Source: Octopus sinensis (lineage: Eukaryota). From it: a stretch of 64,000 nucleotides of DNA. Below are positions 40,202 to 53,056 of this stretch, in pieces. The notes beneath the pieces are model-generated. The model saw only the letters and a program-made list of their open reading frames with translations, did no database searches and was not told where the DNA came from. Location: assembly GCF_006345805.1 (NCBI RefSeq), contig NC_042998.1, positions 121,582,001 to 121,646,000 of the forward strand. Direction: 5' to 3'. The translations under genes and the position numbers were made by a program. Position 1 is the first letter of the stretch; each line of letters starts with the position of its first letter.

Positions 40202-42058
40202 TAAAAAAACAAAAACAGGTCATGTATTTAAATAAATGGTGGACTACAGTGTTCAGAAATGGTATAAAAGGTGAAAAAAAAAAAAAAGTATTGAGTAGGC
40301 GTTTATTAATATTCAAACTGTTGACTCATTGTCTATTATTAATTATGTTGTAGATAAGTAACAAGAAAAATGTAAATAAATAAATAAAATGTAATGTAAA
40401 TGAACAGGCAGAGATTTGATCTCAAAATCATGAAGCAAAGAGAACTACTTTCCTAACATTTGTATTATTTCCTCATTCTCATTGCTTTCTAAAAGGAAAA
40501 TTAAGGTTAAGATGTAATGTTAACTGGATACAAGTGAGGAAAGAGAAAGCCTGGAAAATTAGGTTTAGGCAAGCTACAGCAACTAAAACCTTGATCAGAT
40601 TAAAATATCTTCTAAAATTGACACAGAGACACACACACACGGTGGGGTGGGATGGGGGGGGGGATTAGGTTTGAGGTAAAAAATAAAATAAAAAAGAAAT
40701 GTATGTGTAAAGCTAAACAACTATATAAAAAAGTCCTTTGAAAGTAGAACAGCCAAGGGGTGAAGTCTCTTTAATATGATATTAGCAAGTTAAGGAGTAA
40801 ACTACCTCTGTACTGCCAGGCAACTTCACTCTGTAGACTGTGACAAGTCTGACCACCCAAGTCGAAATTGAGTTTATCTATCCCTCTCTTCATTCCACCA
40901 GAACAGAGAAAGGAGGCAGCTAATATTACACTCCCTTGGTCAGTAGGTTTATCTGACTGACTTTAACAAAGATCTTAGAAACATACAGAGAGTGGGTAAC
41001 AATGTGTGCAAGGAGGAAAGAGGGAACAGTAGAAGAGAAAAGGGAGGGGAGGGAATGGTGTCGTGTATGTTGCATGAGAAAAAAAGAGGAGGTGAGAGAG
41101 GGAGAGAGAGAAGAAAGGAGGGAAAGAAAGACAAAGAACAGGGAAATAATGTTTTATGTGTGTGTAAGAATGAATAAGTTTGAATGACATTAACTGGTGT
41201 GGGTGTGGTGGAGAGGAAGATTATTTTCTTTTAAAAAAGTAAATAAACAAATACTCATCAGACCACTCCTATTTCCAATTGCAAATGGGGCTTAAAACAA
41301 ATATAGATCCAGAACTGATCAGGACCCAAAGTAATTTTAATAAACAAAGGAAATATTTACAGTAACGACTTTATAAAGTTCTTATCAGAAGAGAGTTTGG
41401 ATGAAAAATACATAAATAAAAGACTGATATGAACAAATGGAATAAAATTGCTTAGGCGTGGCTAGGTGGTTAAGAAGCTTACTCTGCAACCATGTGGTTG
41501 CAGGTTCATTCCCACTGTGCAGTACCTTGGGCAAGTGTCTTCTATAATAGCCCTATGCCAAACAATGCCTTGTGAGTGGATTTGGTAGGCGGAAATTTGT
41601 GTGGAAGCCCATGTCTGTCTTTCTCATCTCCAGACCTGCAGGGCATTTTCACTTTCCTTTGAATTACCCCCATATCTGTCCATCTTTGTTATATATTTTG
41701 TCAGATCTTAATGATCAGTCATTAGGGTCTGACGGGACATATGTAAAGCTTAGTGCTTTATGGATGCGAAACCATGGGTAACCCAATGAATCAGCCATAA
41801 CTATCTTTCTCTAAATACTCTACTGCTCTTTATCTTAGAGTGTGCATCTCTTTTAGATTTATGATTTACTGATGATGTATATATTCTTTTATTGGTTTCA
41901 GTCATTTGACTGTGGCCATGCTGGAGCACCACCTTTAGTTGAACAAACTGACCCCAGGACTTATTCTTTGTAAGCCTAGTACTTATTCAATTTGCCTCTT
42001 TTGCTGAACTGCTAAGTGAAATAACTTAGATTTCAGCCATGACTGACTGACTGACTAA

Positions 42059-42060
<2 letters not shown>

Positions 42061-42142
<82 letters not shown>
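42061..42142. repeat. Compound (CT)n(AT)n microsatellite
   Basis: Direct observation. Confidence 0.95.
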
Positions 42143-42146
<4 letters not shown>

Positions 42147-42289
42147 AGAGAGGGAGAGAGAGAGAGGAGTGGATGTAATCATATGTACATATTACTAACA
42201 CCATTCTTCTACATGCCTTTCACAAGCAATTCATCCACACTTAGTATTCTTTTTTTCTGAGTGACCATCAAACTACAGGGTTTGGCATC

Positions 42290-42760
42290 CTATCAAAAGT
42301 CTTATCCAAGTTAATAAATGCAAGATATATTGCCTGCTCCTCATCTTTTTCCAGTCTATTCCAAGTTCTCATATAAACTCCCAGTTGTCCTTTTTATTAC
42401 AAGTCTCTATCTTCTACTACTTTTCATCATATGCATCAATCAGTACTTCTTTGAGTCTTCGTCTGGTCAAAAAATCTTTCAGCTTCCATAACTTCTTCCA
42501 TTTCCAGACTGCCTTGTGTTTCAGAGACTACCTTGCTCTTATCCTGAGGTCACTAATCACTACTCTATGGTGAGTTGTACATTTTTCAACAAGTTGTCAA
42601 TCCCATTTCATCATGGGTATGAGGTCTACCTTGTGCATGTTCACCTGAGTAGTACTTGATCTAGTGGCTGCCAGTTTCCTGAAGTGATCACAGTAAATGC
42701 TTTGATCCTAAATCATTCTTTACACTATACCCATAACGTCCAAGTATGCTGGAGTAACTA
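42290..42760 (-). mobile_element. Decayed RTE endonuclease/linker fragment
   Basis: Minus strand HRVVISDLRIRA...WKWKKLWKLKD. Confidence 0.65.
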
Positions 42761-42829
42761 TCATGGTTTTGTTTAATATGTTCATTAAAGTCACATGCAC
42801 ACACAAATCTATCTATCTACACACACATA

Positions 42830-43231
42830 TATATTCTCTTGCTCTTCCCTTTGGCTAGGTAACCATGTATCTCCTTACTGAAGCACACCTGTTTCTGCCC
42901 TCTTTCTTGTTAACTCCCTCTCCCTCTCTCTCTCTGGTCAGGTAGCCATGTACTTCCTCTACAGCAAGACATCTATTTCTGTCTCTGTCATACTATAACC
43001 TTTCATCAGCTGACACAAGATCACCTCCTTCAAAGCCCTTTCCCCTCTCAAAGATCTTCTGTTTTGCAAAGTTACTTTGTGACCCTGGCAGTGCTGGTGC
43101 CATGTAAAAAGCACTCAGCCTACTCTGTGCAATTGTTTGTGTTAGGAAGGGCATCCGGTCGTAAAAACCATTCCAAAACAGACAAACTGTCAAACCCATG
43201 CCAGCATGGACAACAGACATTAAACAATGAT

Positions 43232-43232
<1 letters not shown>
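42830..43232 (+). mobile_element. RTE long-UTR/tail fragment
   Basis: Homologous to 28730-29245. Confidence 0.7.
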
Positions 43233-43265
<33 letters not shown>

Positions 43266-43639
43266 TGAGACAGGTCTGAGAAGACTGGAAGAAAATGGAG
43301 AGTAAGGAACAATATCAGGGAACCTAAATTTCAGGTATATTTAACAAAGGGAAGCTTTGAAAGAGGCTTGTTCATGCCCTATGAGCATTAAGTATTTTGG
43401 ATTGCAAATAAATGTGTCAGTAGGAATAGCATTTTGGGGGAAATGTGTATATTGAATGATAGCGGTGAGCTTGTTTTAACTGATGGTCGAAAGAGGAATG
43501 GAATTATTACTATGAGAGATTGCTGCTTGAGAAAAATGCATAAGGAATAGAGTAACCAGTAACTGAAGTTGACAGCTCTAATAGTTGGTTTCTCAAGGAA
43601 ACCTACCATTACAGGTAGTTGCTAAGACTCTGAAAATAA

Positions 43640-44075
43640 CTGGTGCAATAGGGCACATGCTTGTCACTTGCATAGACAATTAAATAGTATAGAGAGATAT
43701 TATGTGCAAGGACTGGTGTAACTATCAATTACTACAAGGATAAAGGAGATAATCTACAAAGAAACAACTAGAGAGTAACCAACTGATGGACCTAGTGACA
43801 AAGTAGATGTAGCATAACTGAATACAAAAAAGAAGCAGCTTAGGTGAGGTGCAGTTTGGGTTTGTGCTAAGATGGAGTACAACTGATGCCTACTTCCCAA
43901 TGAGATAACAACAGAAGTTCTTAGCTAAGGGCAAGCCTCTATACCTAGCATTCATTCACTTGAAGGAGGCTTTAGACAGAGCACCATATTCTCTAGTCTG
44001 ATGGTCACTAAGAAAATTAGGTACACATATATGACTTGTGGGAACCATGCAACTTCTGTACAGAGATGCCATCAG
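43640..44075 (+). mobile_element. Decayed RTE RT fragment
   Basis: QFGFVLRWSTTDA and KPLYLAFIHLKEALDRA peptides. Confidence 0.7.
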
Positions 44076-44377
44076 TGAAGAGAGCACTTACATCTCACTT
44101 TCTTTTCCTTCTGTCTCCCCTCTTCTTTTAGACACACACACACACACTTTCTCGCTCTCAAATATTGTTTTACCTTTACTCCACATATAGAAAGTGAAAT
44201 CTGGATTATAAGGGAAGAGGGCCAAGAAAGAGGTGGTTTATATGAGGGGTGGTATGAGATATGAATTATTTGGGAATTAAGAAGAGTGTTAGTGGTGTGT
44301 GATGAAAAGTTGTGGATTGGCTAGCTAATTATTTTGCTTTTCAGAAAAGATTGTGCACAAATTCACCATCATCATCA

Positions 44378-44426
<49 letters not shown>

Positions 44427-46044
44427 ATGGACTCTCCTATTGAAGACGGTGTATAAGTGTTCAGCTTTTGCTGAATGACCTACATAAATGATTTATTTAT
44501 AGTGATCAAATGCTTGTACTGCCCATTGGTTCACTCTTTCCATCAAATCAACATTGTCTGAACAGGTGCACAGTGTACCATGCATCAGGTATTGAAGTGA
44601 TCACAGAGCAACATGAGAGGAAGTGTTTTACTCAAGAACACAATGCACCACCTGGTCTAGAAATTGAAATCACGACTGATATATATATAAATATCTTTTT
44701 GTGTATGTTTAATGAAAGTGAAACTAAAATTGAATGAGAATTAAAAGTTTATGCTAGCTTATTTAAAGCAGTGAGCACCAAAAGGCTAACTGGAAATAAT
44801 TATGTGAGATGAAACTAATATTACTCATTGACTAATATTATTTTTCTTAGTTTGGCAAATATGGGAGACAATTCAGACATGTTTTGGTCTTATTTGGACA
44901 ATTCAGACATGTTTTGGTCTTATTCTCCCATTACCACCTCATTAAATACTGCAAATCCTATGTTTCACTGATGAGATCATAAGACTAAAACATGTTCATA
45001 GCAGCCTCCAGTGCCAACCAGAAAATTGAGAAAAAATGTGTAGCCTATGAGTGTTTTTCCTCACTCCATATTTAATATGCCTTTGATTTTTTTAGGTTCC
45101 ACACATTAAATACACTTTTACTTACTTCACTATTCAAACATATTGTAGTGACTTCATTTAGCCATAAAGTAGATTTGAACCTGAATCAGCAAATTTCCCA
45201 TATTTCAACAGCATTTTTTCTCACAGAAAAACAATAGTAACCACATGAGAGCACTTTTCTAACAGCTGACAAGAGAGACAGGCTCCCTCTCTATGACAAG
45301 TGAGATGGAGTCAAATCAGTGTTGATTTCAGATTTAATCAATCTTCATCAGTGACTCATTACTCCAATGTCGAGGGTTAAAGAACCTAAGTCACCTTGTC
45401 AGCCTTACAAAGAACACCATAGGAAACATTGACTGATTTTGAAAATGGTGAAACGAGAATTATAAATTATTAAGGTGGCTATTTGCAATTTAGAACCAAT
45501 AAGCAACAAGTACAGTTGTCACTAAAATGATGGAGGGTGCTAGTAAGCACCAGCATTGCTAGCAATAAGAGTTAAAACAACTCTTAGCCATATGAGAGCC
45601 CTTTTGCAATGTGTATGTGTGTGTGTATGTATATATATATGTCTGTAATCAGTCACCAGAACTGCAATGTGTTTGTGGACAAGATACTTAACTATTAATG
45701 GTGCAGTAGTCCGCTTAACTTGAATTAGATATTGCAGAGTGGTGTAGTTCATTACACTATGTAATGGTAGCTGCACTGTGAATGTGATGAATGTTTCACT
45801 TTCTCTCATAAAACAAGTAAGTGGTGCCAAAATTAATTATGCAAGATGTGTCGAGGTAATGCAAGGCATTAAGAAAATACACATTTTGGGTAAAATATAA
45901 ACTATATAATTTTTTGATAAATACACAATAGTTTTTAATATGAAAGGAATTACAATATAAAATAATTCATAGAGCATAATATTTGAATATGGAAATTATA
46001 AAGAAAGCCTGTAGTCTGGAAAAAAATGATATTTCAAATCTGTT

Positions 46045-46445
46045 ATAAAGATGTGCCGATCACTTAAAGTGGATGGAACTTGTGGAAGAGGGAGATCCAG
46101 GAAAACATGGGACAAAGTATTAAAGGCTGTTCTCAGGACACTGAGCCTTACAAAGGAGATGACAAAGGACCAAGATATTGGGCACCTTGCTGTACTCAAG
46201 AAGACCCAGCACAGAAAAATTATTAAAGATCCCCTCCCATCTGAAGAGGTTTGCATCTTGCAAGAGCCCTTGTGCTTGTCCACATAAAAGCACCCATCAA
46301 TCTCTGTAAAGTGATTGGTATTAGGAAGGGGGCCCAGCTGTAGAAACCAAGCCAAATCAGACTGGAACCTGGTACAGCTTGCCAGCTCTGATCAAACTGT
46401 CCAACCCATGCCAGCATGGAAAATGGATGATGATGATGATGATGT
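46045..46445 (+). mobile_element. RTE ORF end plus tail
   Basis: VDGTCGRGRSRKTWDKVLK; (GAT)n tail at ~46428-46445. Confidence 0.8.
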
Positions 46446-49400
46446 TATCCCTAATTATCATCAGTATGTGAAAAAATTATGTGAGGATAAGTTTAATCTT
46501 TTCATGAAAAGTTTCTGTTGAAAACATTTGGAAATGCAAGTAAAACAAATATTCGGTATATTCCATATTTAAAATTCAAAATGTAACTTCAACAAGTAAT
46601 TTGTAATTTATCACTTAAACAGCAAAAAGTTTAATTTCATTTCATCCATGAAACCTAAGATGTATGTATACAACAGCACTTGACTTTTGAGTTGTTAAAA
46701 TAATAGTAACAATGAATAGCAGATATATTTCATATATAGGCATATATATCTATTTTGCTCATAAATACAACAAAATACTCAAAATAAAAAAAACTCTAAT
46801 ATGAATTGAATTTATAGAGCATAATATTTGAATATGTAAGTCTCTCAGTCTCTCTCCCTGTCAATGAAAATTCAAAACACTAATTCAGAAGTTAACACTA
46901 TTAACAGAGGTTGGTGAATGGTAAAATCCAGAGCTTTTGACTAATAATCATTTCAGTATTTCATTCCATTCATCTCTCTACAATCTTCTACAGACTTGAT
47001 TTGAGTCTTTTATCCCCATAATCAATAGAATGAGAACCAATTTTGATTGAATATCTATCTCTATCCTGTAAATATAAAGTCTGGAGCCAATGTAAAAGTC
47101 CAGTGTGAATCAGATACAAATGTATATTAAAATACATAACAAGCACAAGGTCACAAATTTCATTGGTGATTAAGATTGCTCCCTGTTCCTGATGGGTACT
47201 TATTATGTCAACCCGAGATCAAAAAACAAAGCTGACTTTGTTAGGATCTAAAATCAGAAGAGGTATAAATACTGTTAGGCATTTTGTTTGAGGCAATACC
47301 AATTCATACCTTTTTAAAATATTGATATTTTGAATTGATTTAGCCACTATAGCATGTATAATAGTAGAAAAGCATGAATCTTACTTGTGACATTCTGCCT
47401 ACATAGCTACATTTGCTGGTTATATAATTAATGGTCAACTTTATAACATCATGCGAATTTAGTTATGCCTTGCCATTTTGCTAATATTTTAATAAGTAGT
47501 CTTCCACTATTTGTCTCACTATTTTGGGAGGGAAAATGATGAGCTGTAAAAATAGCAAAACCAATCAGTTTAATTCTCATCCTAATCTGCCAAATTCCAG
47601 TGATACTAAATATATATATAATTCTATTTTTGGAATAGTGGATCTCGAAGCTCACATAAAGCTATAATAGCTATAATAAATAATAGCATGCAAAATATTC
47701 AGTTAAAAAATCTATTTTGAATAAAAAAGTTAATGGCTGCACACTAGACTCAAACCCACATCTCCTGTAGACATGACAGGTGTTCCACTATTGGACATAT
47801 ATATATTACCAAGGAGTTTTGCCACTTTTACAGTGTTGCCACTATAGGTTGTGGGAAGTTGTTCTATCCTACAATATTTACTTGACAAAAATTGTAGGGC
47901 TATTACTACTTCACAGTAATGCTCACACCTCCTTTACATTTGGTTACAGTGAATAACCTGAAAAGAATAAACTCTATTGATGTGCAAAAGATCTAGTGTA
48001 GTAGGGAAACATTTTCATTTCATTCAAACACTAGAAATGCTGAGTCTACCATTGTGGCATTTGATAGGAAATAAATTTCTCCTTTGTAACTAAAAAATAG
48101 CAGCCAAATCTTCCTCAAACCACATTAAAAAAAAAAGGAACATTGGAATAATGTTTGGTCTGGAAGAAGAGGTTGTACTCATATGGGGTGGTTACAAGAG
48201 GAACGTCTTTGATCATAGTCTTCTTGATCAGAGCTGACCTAGGACAAAACAACATGAGCTACTGAGTGAGACAATATTTTATTATGCATCCTGTAGAAAC
48301 ATAAAAATACGAGTCACGCAAATCAAAATAACTGAATTTATTGTAATGCAAAGAATTGGTGCCATTTATGTAACTAGGGAGGGTTACATTACAAATGTTC
48401 AACATCACTGCAGGAAGGATACCTACCACAACTTTATTTTTATGTAGGTATAAGGACAAAACTTCCTTTTGAACCCCACCCCCAAGTCTTTCCGGTATAA
48501 GGGCCAAGACGTTGAAAGGGACAGAAAATGGAATGTTGTAACAATATATTTCCGAATCGGAAGCTTAATCCTTGTACAGTTACCAAAACATAAGGAATGT
48601 GTTTATTTTGTTTTGTTTCTTTGGGCACAGAACCGACTTTTGAGAGCAAAGAGGTTACATTTTATCGACCCCAGGAGAATATGAACTTGGAATGTAAGGC
48701 GGAATGAAAACAGTAAATAACAAAACTACTTTTTATTTTCCTCACACTCATACGAAGCGGAAAGCCCGAAACGTTATATTCTACATTCTTCGTGGTAATC
48801 GAACTCATCTACCTCTGAATAATAAGCATTAAACATTCGTAGAAAGGGTCACTGACGGCCGAAAGGAATTAAATCCATGGGTCAGAGGAAAATTACCTAT
48901 TGCTACTATTTAGAAAGACCAGGACATTCTCCAATCGGCACACCAAAGTTCCAAATGTAAGTTAGAAATGGCAACGAGAAACTTTTGAATAAGTTAATCA
49001 TTGTTAAAGGTTATGTTTACAATCCGCAATATTCAGTAGATGTGTAAAAAAAAATTGATATAAAATAACCGTAAAACACTAGTTTATTGCAAGAAATTTT
49101 GTTCACATTGGTGTCGGTGTGTGTATTCCTTTCTAATTAAGTGGACTAACTGAAACAAATAGAAACTGACATGTTAGGGGAAGATGGAACGAAACAGCCG
49201 CACTAGACAGAATTGATGAATTAAGATGAGAGTTTTTTTTAAGTCTTCAAAGCATTATTGGCTTATCTGACAAAGGAATACTGGGCTTAGGTATATAAAG
49301 GGCTTCGTATGGTAATGGCTAATATTCTTGAAAGCTTTCCGCCTACTACTGATCGCCTAACATAACTTCTGTAATATAACGCTGGTTCCAAATTTCCAGA

Positions 49401-49821
49401 TGTTACCATTCGTTGCTTGCCACATTGATGATAGTCATGTAATAAAAAGAAAACCTTGACATCAAATGACTGTATGAGTGTGTATTATATATACACACAC
49501 ACATATATATATATATTATATATAATGATATCATTTGATCTATTTCCAACAAAAATTACTTGTGTATATAACGAAAAGTTACACCATATAACTGATTTCG
49601 AGTGTATGCACATGAATGACAGCTAATCAACGAAATTGTGTATACATTTATACACGTAATAAATGAGTGTGAATATGTAATGTATGTGTGTGCGTGCGTA
49701 TGTATCACATACATGAATACATATGGATGTTGACGTTTGTATGTATGTATGGGTGTGTGTATAAAGCTATTCATAACGAAGAGATTAGAAAAGGTTAGAG
49801 TAGAAGAAGAATGGCACCAAC

Positions 49822-50009
49822 CAATATTTCGTTAAGGCTGTAACTTGTAGCGGATTAGACTGGTTCGGGTAAGTCCTTCGACAGGCTGCATAGATCGATT
49901 CAAAGCCAGGTGGTGTGAGATGCATATTGGAAGGAAAATTGGGTGAAGAATACGGTTTGTCTTCATCTTCTATCTTACAGTGGGCTGAACTGGTTGTATT
50001 CGTCGACAT
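49822..50009 (-). CDS. Sufu: Sufu exon 1 (coding part): MSTNTTSS...PPGFESIYAACRRTYPNQSNPLQVTALTKY(W)
   Basis: ATG at 50009; matches the SUFU N-terminus; phase-2 donor TG|GTTGGT. Confidence 0.93.
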
Positions 50010-50987
50010 TCTATATTGATAGTTAAACAACTGCTTCACAAGACTTCAGTCGAGACTGTCTAACTTTTATCCAATACTTCACGTCCGACTCATCATTTTA
50101 CTAACGATAGATAAACAAAGACAACCTCAAGGAAAAGACTAAAGAGACTTTCTGGAATGAAAAGCTTGTTGGTAAGAAAAACAAAGATTTCAGTTGATGT
50201 CTGTCAGTGACAAGAAGGAATTAACACATCGGAAATAAACTAATAGGAGACCACCAACAAAGTTTATGCTCACAGAGTTATCTTTCTTTGGTAGTCTTGA
50301 ATTTTGTCACTAGGTGGACGTTGTGTATATTTTTATTTTATTTTCTCATTGTGTTTGTTTTTAGGAAACTTTGGGGAGATAGCTTTCGTGCTTCGTAGCT
50401 GCTCCTAAGACTTCAGATTACCCTCAGTAAATTAGTAGAATTACTCTTATATAAATTTCTCCTTTGTAACTAAGATTCCAGTAGACCTCTACACAGTCAC
50501 TCGACCCGTTAAAAAATAGTAGCCAAATCTTCCTCAAACCACATTAAGAAAAAAAGGAACATTGGAATAATGTTTGCAGAGATACTTTTCGATGATATAG
50601 ATTACATTTGTCTGATACCATTAAAACAATTTATTTTGGAGGCGTTTCTGACAATTCTCACCTTCCGACTTTCCCTATATTTCTCTTTAAAATGCATATA
50701 TTTTAATGGCATTTTGCGGAAATACGTTTTTGAGAGTGTAGATCATGCAGCATTGATGTTTCAAATCTGAAAACAAAGTGAAAACGTTACAAGTTACAGA
50801 AATTGGTGCCCAACTAAGTCGGGGCTAGAAGAACAATCCGAAACTCCATCGAAACATATTTTTATGAAGTTTATAAACATAGTTGTAATCTATGCTCTCT
50901 AAAATGTATTTGAGAAAAATTTCATTTTGAAATAAGTATTTCAAAGAGAGTTATGAGGAAACAAAGTTGAGAGGGAACGAGAAAGAT

Positions 50988-51523
50988 GGCAATGTTTCGT
51001 TTGTAGTAGCACACGTTTCCGTCGATTTCCGTAAAAAACTTTTATTTTTTTTACATATGGCTTTGCGGGAATATTTGAAGTAATGTGAGCGAAAGGGACT
51101 AAGAGGAAGTGATTTTATGACGAGGGAATTTCTTTTTGAAGTCCCCGTGTGTGTGTTTGATCGGGTGTGGGAGACAGACTGTATGTTGTGTAAGTGAAGT
51201 GCTTCTGTTAGTGTGTGCGAAGAGACAGAGAGAGTAATGTGTGAAAGAGAGAGATAACTGAAATTTTTTACTCGGTGTATGTGTATATGTATGTGTGTGT
51301 GTGTATGTATCTATGTATGTCTGAATGTATGTATGTATGTGTGTATGTATCTGTGTATGTATGTATGTATGGCCGATTCAGTGTAATTTTTTACTCGGTG
51401 TATGTGTATATGTATGTCTGCATGTATGTGTGTGTGTGTATGTATGTATGTATGGCCGATTCAGTGTTTACATTTTTTACGGAAATCGACGGAAACGTGT
51501 GCTACTACAAACGAAACATTGTC
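50988..51523. mobile_element. MITE with ~50-bp near-perfect TIRs and 7-bp flanking direct repeat
   Basis: ggcaatgtttcgtttgtagtagcacacgtttccgtcgatttccgtaaaaaa vs its reverse complement at 51473-51523 (1 mismatch); gaaagat at 50981-50987 and 51524-51530. Confidence 0.85.
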
Positions 51524-52169
51524 GAAAGATTCGAAACCTTTTTTTTTTTTTTAATATTATCAACATCATTGTAATGTACTCCTTCGAAAAAGTATCCCTG
51601 CAACATTTTATTTAAATTATGCATTCTCCACAAAATTATGAGGAAACTAAATCGGGGATAACCAGTCTGTAGCTAAACACAAAATTGTTCCAACTGCCCA
51701 TGTGTTCTTCCATTTTTAAAACGGTAGGGTGAAATCTGAGAAGGTTTGGCTTCTATATCTAACAGATCGAGCGAATACATTACACACCACACTCCTTTGT
51801 TGGAATTGGGGGTAAACATTAATGAAATAAAATTTCTTGAAAAATAAATAAATAAATAAGGGTACTGCAGTTGATTATTTGGGGTTCTATCAATGGGGAA
51901 AAGTTGTATGATATTTTTCTAGAATTTCATAACAAGAAATCCAGTATTTATATTGTTCAGGTTCAACTTAATTTTTAGGAAATGAAATATGAATATGTGA
52001 AATTGGTCACATTTCGTAATATGTACAGACCCTAGTATATACATCTTTTGTACGTATTCTACATAACAGCAATTTCTCTTTTCCTTAATCTAAAGCACTT
52101 TTGGTATTTCTATGATTCTCAGTAATTTACTGACCATTTTATCGTGTGTGAAGTTCGCTAGAAGTTTCG

Positions 52170-52500
52170 ATAGTTTTCTTTTTCTTTTCTTTTCTTTTTT
52201 TTTTTTGTTAAGTCAGGAGGAAATGACTTTGCCCATGACAAGCTCTCCGACATTGGTAGAGTTGATAACGTTGTTGGTCACAGATTCAAAAACGCGGAAG
52301 GGGAATTCCAGGAAATGGGTAAAAGTATCAGAAGAGTGGATAGTGAGGGACGAGAGGCAGAAAGATGGGTGTGTCGCCGTGTCTGGGTACAGTAGCGTAA
52401 AACTAACTAGTTCAAAAGAGGTATTAAATTGGAGCCACGAAAACTCTATTAGGCTACCTGATGCAGCACTTCTTCCATCATGTGTTATCTCGGATTAACC
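52170..52500 (-). mobile_element. CR1/L2-type LINE 3' remnant with A-rich tail
   Basis: Minus strand TRRHTHLSASRP...WNSPSA-like peptide, followed by an A-rich tract. Confidence 0.45.
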
Positions 52501-53056
52501 TTTATTGAACAGACCTATGATTAAAGCTTTGGCCATTATGCTTTTTTTTTTTTTTTTGATAATCTATCTAGTACTACTTTATCCGACGATCCTTCATATT
52601 AAGACTGTAAACTCAAAACAAAATACAAAAGCCTAAATAAAATAAATAAACTCGAACGTCATGAAATATTCTAAACAAACAAGGCTTAAAATATGTATAT
52701 TTAATAATGTTTTTAAAACAACAACAATAGCAACAACTATAATATATGTTTTTATACAAAAAAAAAATATAATATATACTGAGCAAAAATATTATTGCTT
52801 GATCCAGTGTAGAAGTTAACTTCAAATTCTTTTTGAAACTTACATGAATTCGTCGTCTACAACCCCCCCCCCCCAAAAAAAACAGTAGGGTGTGATTTGA
52901 GAGATATTTGACATTTTTAGCACATCAGATACTTTTCTCTGTGTGTGGTTCGTTTGATGCTGTTTGTTCCCTTCCCCAATACGTGGTTCGTATGGTGTTA
53001 CATGCTCCTTTCCTTTTGTGCAGTTAGTATGGTATTGCAGTACCTGCCCTCCTACC

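Larger units (their letters stand above)
9433..50009 (-). other. Sufu: Suppressor of fused gene, complete 12-exon model, 488 aa
   Basis: Twelve exons join in frame via GT-AG introns (188+135+140+143+86+73+175+103+144+139+69+72 = 1467 nt). The peptide carries recognisable SUFU blocks: NPLQVTA..KYWLGGPDPLDY, GPSGFGFELTFRL, GDHVSWH, WLITDMRRGE, GSNLSGVS, HGRHFTFKS, HGPWLQ. Confidence 0.97.

Noticed and set aside
40641-40670. G-rich potential quadruplex in Sufu intron 1
   Set aside because: Low-complexity tract with no supporting context.
50010-50039. N-terminal extension MKQLFNYQYR in the ORF track
   Set aside because: It begins at GTG; the first in-frame ATG is 50009.
51275-51615. ORFs rich in Y/V/C/M
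   Set aside because: Translation of (TG)/(TGTA) repeats in the MITE; the same applies to the many YIYI, ERER and SLSL ORFs elsewhere.
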